Assembly (NCBI GenBank): GCA_963693365.1 | Contig: CAVNZM010000007.1 | Coordinates: 2,837,979 to 2,901,978, forward strand | DNA from: Amoebidium appalachense | Lineage: Eukaryota > Protista > Ichthyosporea | Reading direction: 5' to 3' | DNA length: 64,000 nt | Part shown: positions 17,820 to 29,445 of the stretch, one piece after another | Layout: each line of letters opens with the position of its first letter | How positions within the stretch are numbered: the first letter of the stretch is position 1 | Translations under genes and position numbers: made by a program | The notes under the pieces: generated by a model | What the model was told of the DNA's origin: nothing | The model's database searches: none | The model's input: only the letters and a program-made list of their open reading frames with translations

Positions 17820-18041
17820 ACGACTCCGGCACCTACTATTCCTCCCGCCCCTCGTCTTTCCGGAGACCTCCGATGACGGCGGGGAGCAGTAGACGGAGCC
17901 TCGGACCAAGTACCTAATAGAGATCGAGGTCGTGTATGTGAGGCTTATAATAAGGTTGAGGGCCCGGGGGTGCACGACTCCTGGGAGGGGTAACTCAGTG
18001 AGCCTGAAGAGGGGGAGGGAGGATGAGGGGCCTTTTTTTTT

Positions 18042-18072
<31 letters not shown>

Positions 18073-18165
18073 GAGGGGGGACTGAGGTAGAGACTCTCGG
18101 AGAGAGGCGGGGGGGAGGGGGGGGGGGGGGGGGGGGGAGGGGATAAGGGGGTCGGGGGAGAGAGT

Positions 18166-18203
<38 letters not shown>

Positions 18204-18216
18204 GACCTCGGGGAGG

Positions 18217-18252
<36 letters not shown>

Positions 18253-19718
18253 AAGGGAGAGACTAAGAGAGCGAGAGAGAGAAAGAAGAGAGGGGGGCTC
18301 GGGAAAAGAGAATGGCCGAGACAACTTGGAGAGCCTCGATATTAAGAGACAGCTCTGAGCCTCAGTCGGAGAGAGTCAGACTATGAAAGAGAGAGAGAGC
18401 CTCGAGCTCGGAGAGAGGGAGAGAGATTCTGAGAGGCTCTGAGAGGGAGAGAGGTCGGACTCTGAGTTACAGAGACTAGAGAGAGAGGAGACTCGCCGAG
18501 AGAGAGAGAGAGGTCTAGATCTAGAGAGAGGACTCGCTCGGAGAGGAGGAGAGGCCCTGTGAAGTCACGGTGTGTATGTGTGTGTGTGTGTTTGTTGGGG
18601 GGGGGGGGGGGGGGGGGGGGCTGTGGTGGGGGGGGGGGAGGGGGGGGGGGGGGGTTACTTTTTTATAAACTGGCAGGTCTGACTCAGACTAATACATAAA
18701 TCAAGTTCAACCGTCAGTGAACGATGCCTGGCTGAGAATGGTAATAACTTGAACTTGTACCGTTATGGTACCGTTCAAGTTTTTGTGTTCATGTCATGCA
18801 TGACGGTCGACCGTATTCCAAGTCTCAGAGCCGATCACCAAAATTAATATACAATAGTAGTATCATTGCGGCGCTCAGTGACAGTACTGTAACCGTGTTA
18901 CAGTGCGCACAGTCACCAAGTTTCTCAGTTGAATTCTCAGTCGAGTCGTGCCTTGCTGCGTAGATCATCGTGTACGGTATCATGGTGGCACTTAATATTA
19001 GTCGGGCAGCCTCAGGTAGGACCGGGCTGCCTGGCCTTGTTTAACGTTTGTAGTAGCAGACTTCGGGCCTTGAGGTTGCTATATGATATCGAATATTAGC
19101 TACACTGAGTACCGTCACCGCCGGCGGGCTGATAATGATGTACATGTCACATGTGGCCAGTCAAGTTGACTCGAGCAGGATGGCCGTGAGTGGCACGTAC
19201 GCATCCATGATGCATGGTCATGAACACTAAGTTATGTTACTGTGTTATTGGTGGCGCCCACGTGCTCTTGCGCCGTCACACGTATGTACACGTGTGCGTG
19301 GTGACCCGGCAGCCTGCGGTGACCGGGTGGTCCGACTGTCAGACGGTACATGTATGGCTCACGAGTCGACTGCCACTTTCCGATGTCCATAGCCTCTCTC
19401 CGTTGAAGTGCCATGTTACCCGAGCGCCGGCTCGTTCGTACACCAGCTTTCAAACGAGCAGGGGCACATATATATGTCACCGACAACAGATTCCGGAGCG
19501 GCTGGCAGCGCACTGCCGCGCGCGCTACAGAACAAACCGAAATGATGAGTTATCCTCAAAAGAATGCCATCACAGCCAGCCTCCGAGTGAAGTGAACCAG
19601 AAATTCGAGAGAGCCTCGGGCATCATTACTGGATATTATTAGCGAAAGGATGATTATATACCTTTTTCCTCGTTCTTACATTGTGAAGGCTTGTTTGACA
19701 GCTTATTGGATTATCATA

Positions 19719-20011
19719 TTGGATTGGGCGATGGACTTGGTAAAGTTCGAATCGCGAAGGGCCGCCAGGCCCGGAGTCCGGGGCACGGCGCCCGGCCCGG
19801 CCCGCGCGGGGGTCTGGGGGGACGGCGTCTGGGGGGACGGCGTGGGCAAAGAGAGAGGGGGTCTGGGGGGACGGGGTCTGGGGGGACGGGGGGGTGAAAT
19901 CTCGCCGTCCCCCCAGACCCCCGCGCGGGCCGGGCCGGGCGCCGTGCTCCGGGCTCCGGGCCTGGCGGCCCTTCGCGATTCGAACTTTACCAAGTCCATC
20001 GCCCAATCCAA
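19719..20011. mobile_element. 293-bp foldback/MITE with 109-bp inverted arms, flanked by TA on both sides
   Basis: 19719-19827 is the reverse complement of 19903-20011 with 2 mismatches. TA lies at 19717-18 and 20012-13. Termini are TTGGATTGGGCG...CGCCCAATCCAA. Confidence 0.85.
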
Positions 20012-20013
20012 TA

Positions 20014-20375
20014 TTGGATTAGTCACGTGGCCTGGTAACTTTGAGATCACACCACACCAACCACCTCCGATCCGATCGCGATCAATCTATTTCCCACTTT
20101 CCACTTTTCCCACTTAAAATCGAAAAAGAGAAAAAAAAAGGAGACAAAACAAACGATACAGCATTACCCACTTTTAAGTGGGTAAGTGGCCAATGACAAC
20201 AAACACTTATCGATTTAAACCTAAAACACAACCATATAGTACTAGGGAACGGGGAACGGGGACATGCCAGGCACACGCGGCACACGAGGCACAGGAGGCA
20301 CACGCGGCATGCGAGGCGCGCGTGCCTGCCAGGGGCCTCCCCGCCCCGCCCAGCCACGCCCAGCCCCGCCGGTGA
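20014..20375 (+). repeat. Left terminal inverted repeat of the large element
   Basis: TTGGATTAGTCACGTGGCCTGGTAACTTTGAGATC...CAGCCCCGCCGGTGA matches the reverse complement of 50624-50984 apart from a few substitutions and indels. Confidence 0.95.
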
Positions 20376-21004
20376 GAGAGAGAGAGCAGAGAGAGAGAGA
20401 GAGAAAGAAAAAAGCTAAGTCTACACGAGAGAGAGAGAGAGAGAGAAAAGAGAGAGAAAGAAAAAAGCTAAGTCTACACGAGAGAGAGAGAGAGAAAGAA
20501 AAAAGCTAAGTCTACACGAGAGAGAGAGAGAGAGAAAAAAGCTAAGTCTACACGAGAGAGAGAGAGAGAGAGAAAAGCTAAGTCTACACGAGAGAGAGAG
20601 AGAGAGAGAAAAGCTAAGTCTACACGAGAGAGAGAGAGAGAGAGAAAAGCTAAGTCTACACGAGAGAGAGAGAGAGAGAGAAAAGCTAAGTCTACACGAG
20701 AGAGAGAGAGAGAGAAAAAAGCTAAGTCTACACGAGAGAGAGAGAGAGAGAAAAAAGCTAAGTCTACACGAGAGAGAGAGAGAGAGAGAAAAGCTAAGTC
20801 TACACGAGAGAGAGAGAGAGAGAGAAAAGCTAAGTCTACACGAGAGAGAGAGAGAGAGAGAAAGCTAAGTCTACACGAGAGAGAGAGAGAGAGAGAAAAG
20901 CTAAGTCTACACGAGAGAGAGAGAGAGAGAGAAAAGCTAAGTCTACACGAGAGAGAGAGAGAGAGAGAAAAGAGAGAGAGAGAAAAAAGCTAAGTCTACA
21001 CGAG
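20376..21004 (+). repeat. Subterminal tandem array, ~16 copies of AAAAGCTAAGTCTACACG(AG)n, mostly 36-bp period
   Basis: The core GCTAAGTCTACACG starts at 20505, 20541, 20577 ... 20829 (exact 36-bp steps). An inverted array lies at 49138-49621. Confidence 0.95.
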
Positions 21005-21037
21005 TTAGTAAGTCTTGACCCGGGCAGGGGGGGGGGG

Positions 21038-21230
21038 GCACGTGAGGCAGGTGAGGCAGGTGAGGCAGGGGGGCAGGTGAGGCACGTGAGGCAGGGGGGG
21101 GCAGGTGAGGCAGGTGAGGCAGGGGGGCACGTGAGGCACGCGAGGCAGGGGGGGGGGGGGGCAGGGGGGGCACGTGAGGCACGTGAGGCACGTGAGGCAG
21201 GGGGGGGCACGTGAGGCACGTGAGGCAGGG
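21038..21230 (+). repeat. 9-bp GAGGCA[C/G]GT repeat cluster (many CACGTG/CAGGTG E-box-like hexamers)
   Basis: Repeated GGCACGTGAGGCAGGTGAGGCAG is read directly. Confidence 0.75.
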
Positions 21231-21484
21231 GGGCCGGGGGCGCGGGGGGGGGGGGGGGGGTTATTTAAAAAATATTCACCAAACATATCGAGTAACAACA
21301 CAATGAAACTTTTTACATATATATATATATATATTGACAAGCCAAGTCGATATAAGAAACAAGCACAGAAACACATATGCATACTAATAGAAGCCGAATC
21401 TACTGTTAAGACTAAGAACACGCATACATCGACACTAATGACATGATTTACATCCGTGTAACACATCGTAAAGCAACACAAAAC

Positions 21485-22693
21485 CTATTCATCAGGCTTT
21501 GACTCGTCTTCGATTCTCTTCTGCCAGGCCGCAATTTTAAACTGTTTAGCCTGCTCCTGTGTCAATATATTCTTCTTTACCAGTTTACAAATATTCTTGC
21601 AAGTATCCATATATTCAGAAAATGCACGTTTTCTACTCTCTGGGTTATTACAGTCGGCAATGTTGTTGGGTGCGGGCGATTGGGGCAAGGGAGCCGACTT
21701 AGACTTCTTAGACTTCTTGGGCTTAGACGTCTTGGGCTTGGAGTGCTTTTGAACACCGGCATTCGCGATCTTCCGAAGTGCCTCGGCAGTCCCGGGGGGG
21801 GTCTTGCCCACCGATGGAATCGCCAACTTGCGGCCAGTGGTCTTACTGATCCCATTAGAGACGACGGGCTGAGCGACAGGCGGACGATCTTGAGTGGTGT
21901 CATCGTCAGAGGAAACATCGATCGGAGCGGTTTGGGGGTCGGCGATTGGATGGCGTGACTCGACAAAGATCGGATTGCCCAGTTCATCGAACATAGCAAA
22001 CCGCGAGGCTGGCACATCGATAACCACGTTGTCCTGGCTCTCACGATTCTTCTGCATAAGACTGTAGAACTCTTTGAGACAGATAGCCCCCTTGTTGTCA
22101 TCGTTGTCATCGTTGTCATCGTTGTCATCGTCATCAGATGAAGACGAAGACGACGACGATTCGGTATCAGACCTACTACTGGAGCTCCTTGCCGAATTGT
22201 GATCACCCGCCTTAGTATCATCTGGGTCTTGCTCGGCCATCTCGGTGTCGACATCTTGAGGCGGGGCGATGGGGGCGACATCTTGAGGCGGGGCGATGGG
22301 GGCGACATCTTGAGGCGGGGCCATGGGGGCGGCACCCATAGACTGGGCGAGATCACCGGCACGTGATTCGACATTCCGAGCAATCTTGGCGTTGCGGTTG
22401 CTACTCTTGCAGTAAGAAACGATGGCGGTCCTCAGACTCTCTTCGTCTTCTGAAGTGAAACCCCTCGGGTATTGCGGTATCCCTTCAGGTAACATACACT
22501 TGATAGCAGAAAGGATTTCCTTGAGCCCCTCGTCGTGGGTATAGTCGGCAAAAGTAGCCATCAGATCACGGACAACACATCCGAACCCAGCAACGCGCAC
22601 AAGGTTTTTGACATTCCTAGGAATGGCAAGGGCCGCCTCGATTGCAGCACCATCAACCCCCAAGTCGTAGTCTCGAGAGCTAAGGTTAGACAT
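21485..22693 (-). CDS. Hypothetical protein (~402 aa from MSNLSS); acidic/Ser-rich middle, 3x APPQDV repeat, Lys-rich C-terminus
   Basis: Long intronless ORF with non-random composition. No recognisable domain; the start codon is inferred. Confidence 0.7.
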   Translation of the reverse strand: MSNLSSRDYDLGVDGAAIEAALAIPRNVKNLVRVAGFGCVVRDLMATFADYTHDEGLKEILSAIKCMLPEGIPQYPRGFTSEDEESLRTAIVSYCKSSNRNAKIARNVESRAGDLAQSMGAAPMAPPQDVAPIAPPQDVAPIAPPQDVDTEMAEQDPDDTKAGDHNSARSSSSRSDTESSSSSSSSDDDDNDDNDDNDDNKGAICLKEFYSLMQKNRESQDNVVIDVPASRFAMFDELGNPIFVESRHPIADPQTAPIDVSSDDDTTQDRPPVAQPVVSNGISKTTGRKLAIPSVGKTPPGTAEALRKIANAGVQKHSKPKTSKPKKSKKSKSAPLPQSPAPNNIADCNNPESRKRAFSEYMDTCKNICKLVKKNILTQEQAKQFKIAAWQKRIEDESKPDE

Positions 22694-22929
22694 GTTGAAA
22701 ACAGCCTCGTTGAGAGCTAGAGTAGATGTGAAGAGAAAGCTGCGACTGTAGGATGAGCATACTGACACACACGCAACACTTCTTATAGCCAGGAGACACA
22801 CAACGTAGCGACAAAAACAAAGTATCAAGAGACATCCATTAATTGGACCGCCCGGTTTAAGATTGTTGTACACCAATCACAGAAGGAGGATAAAATAACA
22901 AAAAAAAACAACAACAGAAATATCACACA

Positions 22930-23978
22930 TCAGATTGCGCGTTCGACACGATAGGGTCTTCGAACTCTTGACCACACGACCACGCCCCAACCGCGCGTTC
23001 CGATTTGTCGCCACACAGAACCCGTGTTTCCGTCCCACCAATCAGATTGCGCGTCCGACACGACAGGGTCTTCGATGATGCTCCTACTCTTGACCGCAGT
23101 CCCGTCACCACGACCACGCCCCAACCGCGCGTTCCGATTTGTCGCCACACAGAACCCGTGTTTCCGTCCCACCAATCAGATTGCGCGTCCGACACGACAG
23201 GGTCTTCGATGATGCTCCTACTCTTGACCGCAGTCCCGTCACCACGACCACGCCCCAACCGCGCGTTCCGATTGGTCGCCACTCAGAAACCCGTGTTTCC
23301 GTCCCACCAATCAGATTGCGCGTCCGACACGACAGGGTCTTCGATGATGCTCCTACTCTTGACCGCAGCCCCGTCACAACGACCACGCCCCAACCGCGCG
23401 TTCCGATTGGTCGCCACACAGAACCCGTGTTTCCGTCCCACCAATCAGATTGCGCGTCCGACACGACAGGGTCTTCGATGATGCTCCTACTCTTGACCGC
23501 AGCCCCGTCACCACGACCACGCCCCAACCGCGCGTTCCGATTGGTCGCCACACAGAACCCGTGTTTCCGTCCCACCAATCAGATTGCGCGTCCGACACGA
23601 CAGGGTCTTCGATGATGCTCCTACTCTTGACCGCAGCCCCGTCACCACGACCACGCCCCAACCGCGCGTTCCGATTGGTCGCCACACAGAACCCGTGTTT
23701 CCGTCCCACCAATCAGATTGCGCGTCCGACACGACAGGGTCTTCGATGATGCTCCTACTCTTGACCGCAGCCCCGTCACCACGACCACGCCCCAACCGCG
23801 CGTTCCGATTGGTCGCCACACAGAACCCGTGTTTCCGTCCCACCAATCAGATTGCGCGTCCGACACGACAGGGTCTTCGATGATGCTCCTACTCTTGACC
23901 GCAGCCCCGTCACCACGACCACGCCCCAACCGCGCGTTCCGATTGGTCGCCACACAGAACCCGTGTTTCCGTCCCACC
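22930..23978. repeat. 134-bp tandem array (7 full units plus partial units) between divergent ORFs
   Basis: CAGAACCCGTGTTTCC recurs at 23016, 23150, 23284 (+1 nt), 23419, 23553, 23687, 23821 and 23955. Units carry CCAATCAG, GATTGG (most units), CCACGCCCC and CGCGCG motifs. Confidence 0.95.
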
Positions 23979-24064
23979 AGACTAGCCGATTGGCGTGTCT
24001 GTTACGAGACCAATAATTTGTTGCTCGGGCGGTGTCGATATTTTCACAGCAATGATAAGCAGAA

Positions 24065-25045
24065 ATGTCAACCGACAACGAAGAAATTCTAAGCGGAATT
24101 CGGAATTCACTGAGCGCCACACACGATGACATCGTCAGATTGTTATCGGAAATACCAAAAGAAAGCGACACCGCTGGATCGGGAACAGTTGGGGGTGGCA
24201 CTGATGTCGACGACCCAAACAAAATAGACGACATTAAAAATATAATAAACATGTTTAACAGAACCTCCACACAGACACTCAAAATTTTGAACCATTTCAC
24301 GACGATGGCTGCTCATTTGCAACCAGGCACAACAGAAAAAACCAAAGACGATCCACTCGAGAAGGGATTGGAAAATATCATGTCGCAAATAAGCAATGCG
24401 ATCAAGCTCTTAAATAATCAGAACAGGCTTATAAATTCATTACAAGAGACGGAAAAGGATAACATTAGGCTTCACCACGAACTCGCCAATTACAAAAGAC
24501 TCTACCAGGAAAATAACGAACCCCAACAGAAAACGGCCACATCGAGGGACCCAAACATCCATAGAATTGCATTTCTGGATGTACACGGCGGCCGCGTATT
24601 CACACACGGATCGTCTCCGTGGATGACATACGACGGGACAGTTCACGGGGCAATATCTTCAGGACTGATCCACTTCTCTGGAGACAAACAGAGCCCTTGT
24701 TGGACCGTCAAGGGTGCTTTTGAAGGCACATATGTTGCGTTTCCACTGCACGACTGTGGAACGGTCACGGCCGTCAAATCCGGCTCGACAACAATCTCAA
24801 AAACACTGGCGAGATGCGAGTCTTTCTTCGACGACAAAGCATTTGCATGTGCATCCCTCAAGGCATACCAAGTGACACTCGCGTCAAGCCGAACAATCGC
24901 GACCCTCACGACAAATTTCTTTGTCGGCCACGAACGCAAGCTCGACCCGTACGCACAATCCACAACACAAACGCAACACACACATGGCTGCCCTGCAAGG
25001 GACGCCGCACCCACCCGAGGATACATCGAATCAGTGGTCATATGA
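24065..25045 (+). CDS. Hypothetical protein (326 aa), N-terminal coiled-coil and beta-rich C-terminal part
   Basis: Intronless ATG-initiated ORF with a heptad-like stretch (LEKGLENIMSQISNAIKLLNNQNRLINSLQ). Confidence 0.7.
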   Translation: MSTDNEEILSGIRNSLSATHDDIVRLLSEIPKESDTAGSGTVGGGTDVDDPNKIDDIKNIINMFNRTSTQTLKILNHFTTMAAHLQPGTTEKTKDDPLEKGLENIMSQISNAIKLLNNQNRLINSLQETEKDNIRLHHELANYKRLYQENNEPQQKTATSRDPNIHRIAFLDVHGGRVFTHGSSPWMTYDGTVHGAISSGLIHFSGDKQSPCWTVKGAFEGTYVAFPLHDCGTVTAVKSGSTTISKTLARCESFFDDKAFACASLKAYQVTLASSRTIATLTTNFFVGHERKLDPYAQSTTQTQHTHGCPARDAAPTRGYIESVVI

Positions 25046-25349
25046 GACTAACCCATTATTTTACTTGCTATTATCGAGCATGCACGGAACGGGGAACAAC
25101 ACACAGATACAGATACAGTTTATATATAATATTTGATGGATACAAACTTTGGCAGTGCTGGCAAACAGAAGCAAAGACTATGAACCGTCGACACATGTCG
25201 GTGTGCAATTACATATCTTAGTGCCAACACCGAAACCAAATGACAGAACATGGTGTGTAAATTGAATACTAATGAGCGAGCACGAAAGCAAAAATAGCCA
25301 GCTGTGTAGCTTCAAATCGTTAGTACACCGGGCAATAGTAGCCCACACA

Positions 25350-26660
25350 TCACTCGATCTTCCACCGAAAAACCTGAAAGATACTCCCTCCATCGGCGGT
25401 CACGTGTGCCCCCAAAACAACGAATCGACTGGCGACACTCATGGTCAGCGCGTGCACGACACCATCCAGAAACACGCCATGCTGGCTGACAAGACGCACC
25501 ACATCGTTAACGCCGACTTCGTATATCAGCACATCGCTATCCCCTCTACTGAAACCCAGGCGACCAACATACAATCGGTCGCCCCCGCGGCACAACACCG
25601 TCCTCTCGTACATATCCACCCAACAAGTACATAACGCACGCTTGGCAAAGTATCGATGTGTGGGCTCGAGGGGTGCCTTTGAACAGAATGCACACCCGAC
25701 TTCATCACCGCACCAATGAGGTCTACAAGTCGTCAGCATATCCACTCTGCATTCCCCAAGAAGTCGGCCGTCCCGCAGACCGATCGCGTCCACCACCGCG
25801 AGCGTCCCGTCCTCACCTGGCGCATGATTGTGGTACAGAACACGGATATCGACACTCGACACCGACAACACCCCCATCGCGCCCATCCACCCACCCAGAC
25901 AGACACTCCAGTTCCGCGCACCCGTGACCCAATCAACCGACACAACAAACGTCGATCCTCGCTCTCCCCGACACAACACAACAAGTGAGTCGCCCACAGA
26001 ACACGGATGCTCGGAGACCACATGTCGGTCCATCGACCAAAGCGGCAACCCGGGTCCTTTCCCAGCCCCGGCAGTACCGGTCCCATATCCCCGGAGCTGC
26101 GGACAGGCCCAGTCACCCAGATCTGGGCTGCTGTGGATCAAAAATACCACGACCCCGTGGCGACCGCTGTATCCAACGAGACGCGCACCGGTTACATCGA
26201 ACGGCAGCAAGACGTCCAGCGCGAGTATGTCACCCGACGCGGCCCCAACCCGCCTATCCGCGTTTGCACTGCCCGGTGACGCGCGCAGCAACGCTGATTG
26301 GCCAACGCCAGGTTCCGCGCGATGGCGATTAACCAACGAGATTGTACATTTGCCCCACACAACAAACGTCGGATAATCGACTACCAGCACGACGTACGCT
26401 GTGGTCAACTCGCAAAACCGCGCCAGACCAGCGCTCGCGAAGCCAACGGGGCCCGTCTCAAGGCTCCACCTCTCGACACCCCCAAATGGATTGTAGGCAC
26501 GGGGTCGGGCTAGGAACACGGAGGCTCCTTCGACAGGATGGTTGAAAAAGCACAGCGGCACACAACTCGCCCCGGTCGTCGCAAAACGCATCTTGGGGTT
26601 CACACGGACAAATCCAACCAATGATCGAAACGTCGGGCTCGCGGTCGATGACATCGTCAT
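25350..26660 (-). CDS. Hypothetical protein (436 aa), possibly beta-propeller-like
   Basis: Long intronless ORF. The segments VVSVDWVTGARNWSV and VDAIGLRDGRLLGE resemble PQQ-type propeller blades (weak). Confidence 0.6.
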   Translation of the reverse strand: MTMSSTASPTFRSLVGFVRVNPKMRFATTGASCVPLCFFNHPVEGASVFLARPRAYNPFGGVERWSLETGPVGFASAGLARFCELTTAYVVLVVDYPTFVVWGKCTISLVNRHRAEPGVGQSALLRASPGSANADRRVGAASGDILALDVLLPFDVTGARLVGYSGRHGVVVFLIHSSPDLGDWACPQLRGYGTGTAGAGKGPGLPLWSMDRHVVSEHPCSVGDSLVVLCRGERGSTFVVSVDWVTGARNWSVCLGGWMGAMGVLSVSSVDIRVLYHNHAPGEDGTLAVVDAIGLRDGRLLGECRVDMLTTCRPHWCGDEVGCAFCSKAPLEPTHRYFAKRALCTCWVDMYERTVLCRGGDRLYVGRLGFSRGDSDVLIYEVGVNDVVRLVSQHGVFLDGVVHALTMSVASRFVVLGAHVTADGGSIFQVFRWKIE

Positions 26661-26764
26661 TTATAATCGTCGATGACGCAAGCAGAACAAGACTCGATGA
26701 CGCAAGCAGAACCAAGACTCGATGACGTAGGCACCACGACATCGCCGAAAACACCACAAAATAT

Positions 26765-27653
26765 GGCCCGGGTACCATATCAGGAGCGGGCAATTTTTGA
26801 ATTCTCCCTCCCCGGCCCCGCCGGGGAAAATTTGAGGTTTTTGGACCTCAAAGAAGTCAAATCCTGCAAAATCCACTACCGGGAGGCCAAAAAGGGTGAT
26901 TTTACAAAAAAGGAGGGACATACATGAAAAAGAGAAAATGGGCGAGTTCAGTGGGCTGCCGATAAGTATATTTCGTGCTGGGCCGGTATACATGCTGCCG
27001 TGGTTGTTGCTGTAGACGGCAGTATGGCATCGCATGTGTCACGTGACCTGCACGTGAATGCGACCATGTGCAGGCACTGAGTCTAGGGGGATTTGTATGT
27101 GTGTTTTGGAGCACCGACAAGGCAGAGCCAGGGTGAGGGATGTGTAAACATGGAGTTTAGGGAGATCGTGCTGCTATTGTAACATGTGCACAAAACAGCC
27201 ACGTGCACCGGCACACTCCGGTGTACAGAACAATAATATGCACATGCGTCACTGTAATATCATGTATGCGCATGCCGCACAAGGTTTAGGAGACCACCAC
27301 AGTATATACTATTTTCTTTTGGTTGATATCCATGTAGGAATGGTGTGTTGCAGTTGTCATGATCAGCCTGAGGCAGGCACGTGCACTCACTGAATCACTA
27401 GAACTCATGAATAAAAAATACATTCGCTAAAAACGGCAAGGTAAATTTGGGGCCAAGCTATTATTTCCCCCTTTTAAACGTTTTTTTAGCTCCAAGAACT
27501 TCGACGCCAAAATTTCTATATTTGGCCATCGTATATGATAATGAACACGTGTACTTAAATTAAAGTAGTTATATAAATATGAGCGGCCCGTTACAAATAC
27601 AGTGACGAAAAACAGTGACCCACGAGCAGTTTTTCTTTCTATCCCCCCCCCCC

Positions 27654-27684
<31 letters not shown>

Positions 27685-29019
27685 ACACACACACACCAGA
27701 CACACACACCACCACCACGGTGACCACCACCACCACCACCACCACCACTCACCCCTTAAAAAAACCACACACATACGTGCACGTGTACACACACACACAG
27801 AACACCACCACCACCTCCACTGGACCCCATTTCCTCGTTGTTTTCTTAAGCCTTCAGACCAGTCCTGCACACTGGAGTTAAACAATTGAATTCACCTAGG
27901 CTGACATGCATCCACCCCCGCCTTCCACTTCCCTCCCCCCACCCCCTCCCCCCACCCCCCCCACCCCCACCCCCTCCCCCTCGATGAAGAAGGGCCCCCG
28001 TAAGCCTTGGGGGGGGGGGGGGGGGGGAGGGGGGGGGGAAGGGGGAAGGGGGGAGCTCTTGAGCCTCCGGGTAGGGAAGTGGGGTCCGGGGATCCGGAGA
28101 GGGGAGGGGGGGGGGGGGGGGGGAAGGGGCATATAATATTGGGCCTAGATATCATAGTATGGGGCCCCGGGGGAGGGAGAGGTGGGGGGGGGAGGGGGGG
28201 AGGATCCACGGGAAAGACCTTTAGGTGCATGTTCTTATTTATACCCCCTTCGAATCATCCCCCTCTCCCCCCCCCCCCTCCCCCCTGAGTGCAGGCCGTG
28301 ACGTAGCTACGATAACCCTGCAGAAGGCAACAAAAATGTATTAATTACTAGCACTATACATGTGTTCATAGTGCAGCTTGCACCACGTATGATCTCAGCA
28401 ACTTTAAAGTAGTCACAAAGTTTAGTTATTTTCATTATTTTCATTGCTCTGAACTCTATTACTCTGAAATGATCACCGTGCATGTGCCGCAAGATAACAA
28501 CCCTATATGTGTGCAGCTGCTGCCTGCAGGTTAGACTCGCTGAAAAGACAATTGTCAGTGTGCATCCGACGCTTGCAGCTGCAGCTAGCCTCTGCAACAT
28601 TAATACTTGCCAAGTGAATGCTCTTACACTTGATCATCATTCACTCAAAAAACCGAGGACCGACAGATTAAATATTAATGTCGATCCGAATGATCAGCAA
28701 GTGTCTATGCGTACTACTATATATACACACACGTAAAATGCGAAGCTATCAGTTACAAGGCACACCTGCTGCACTGGCACACATACACATACACACCGGC
28801 AGATCGATGCTGTCAAAATTTACTTTCATGTACTTCGTAGGTCCGACACAGGTGCACATGAACACGTACATATGTACAAGCCGCGCACACACCACACCAC
28901 ACATACACACACACACACACACACTCACACACACACACGCACACACGCACACACGCACACACGCACACACGCACGCACGCACGCACACACACACACACAC
29001 ACACGCACGCACGCGCGCG

Positions 29020-29083
<64 letters not shown>

Positions 29084-29409
29084 GACACACACACACACAC
29101 ACACATCACTGGGTGCGCTCGCTGGGGATTAGTTTTTTGGCACGCTGTTGACTTTATCGTGTGTTTATTATTTGCTATTTATTGGCCAGCGGCCAACATT
29201 TAAAAATATACTATATACCTAAAAATAGATACTGACTACGGCCAGCAGACATTATACACCTTCCAGGACACATTAACACCAATAGTCTAACACACCATAC
29301 TCTCGATCACAAAGAATTCCTAACAAACAGAGAAAAGTGCAAAGGCTCTGTACTATTACTCAGATTCTAAATTTTAATTCTTTACAGTAAACTTCGGAAT
29401 GAAAGCTAG

Positions 29410-29445
<36 letters not shown>

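Noticed and set aside
20376-21004. CRISPR-like appearance of a constant repeat with regular spacing
   Set aside because: The intervening sequences are only (GA)n/A runs, not unique spacers. There are no cas genes and the context is eukaryotic.
22930-23978. 134-bp array as a CRISPR array or as coding sequence (many overlapping ORFs)
   Set aside because: Units are identical end to end with no spacers. 134 is not a multiple of 3, so the ORFs are by-products of the repeat.
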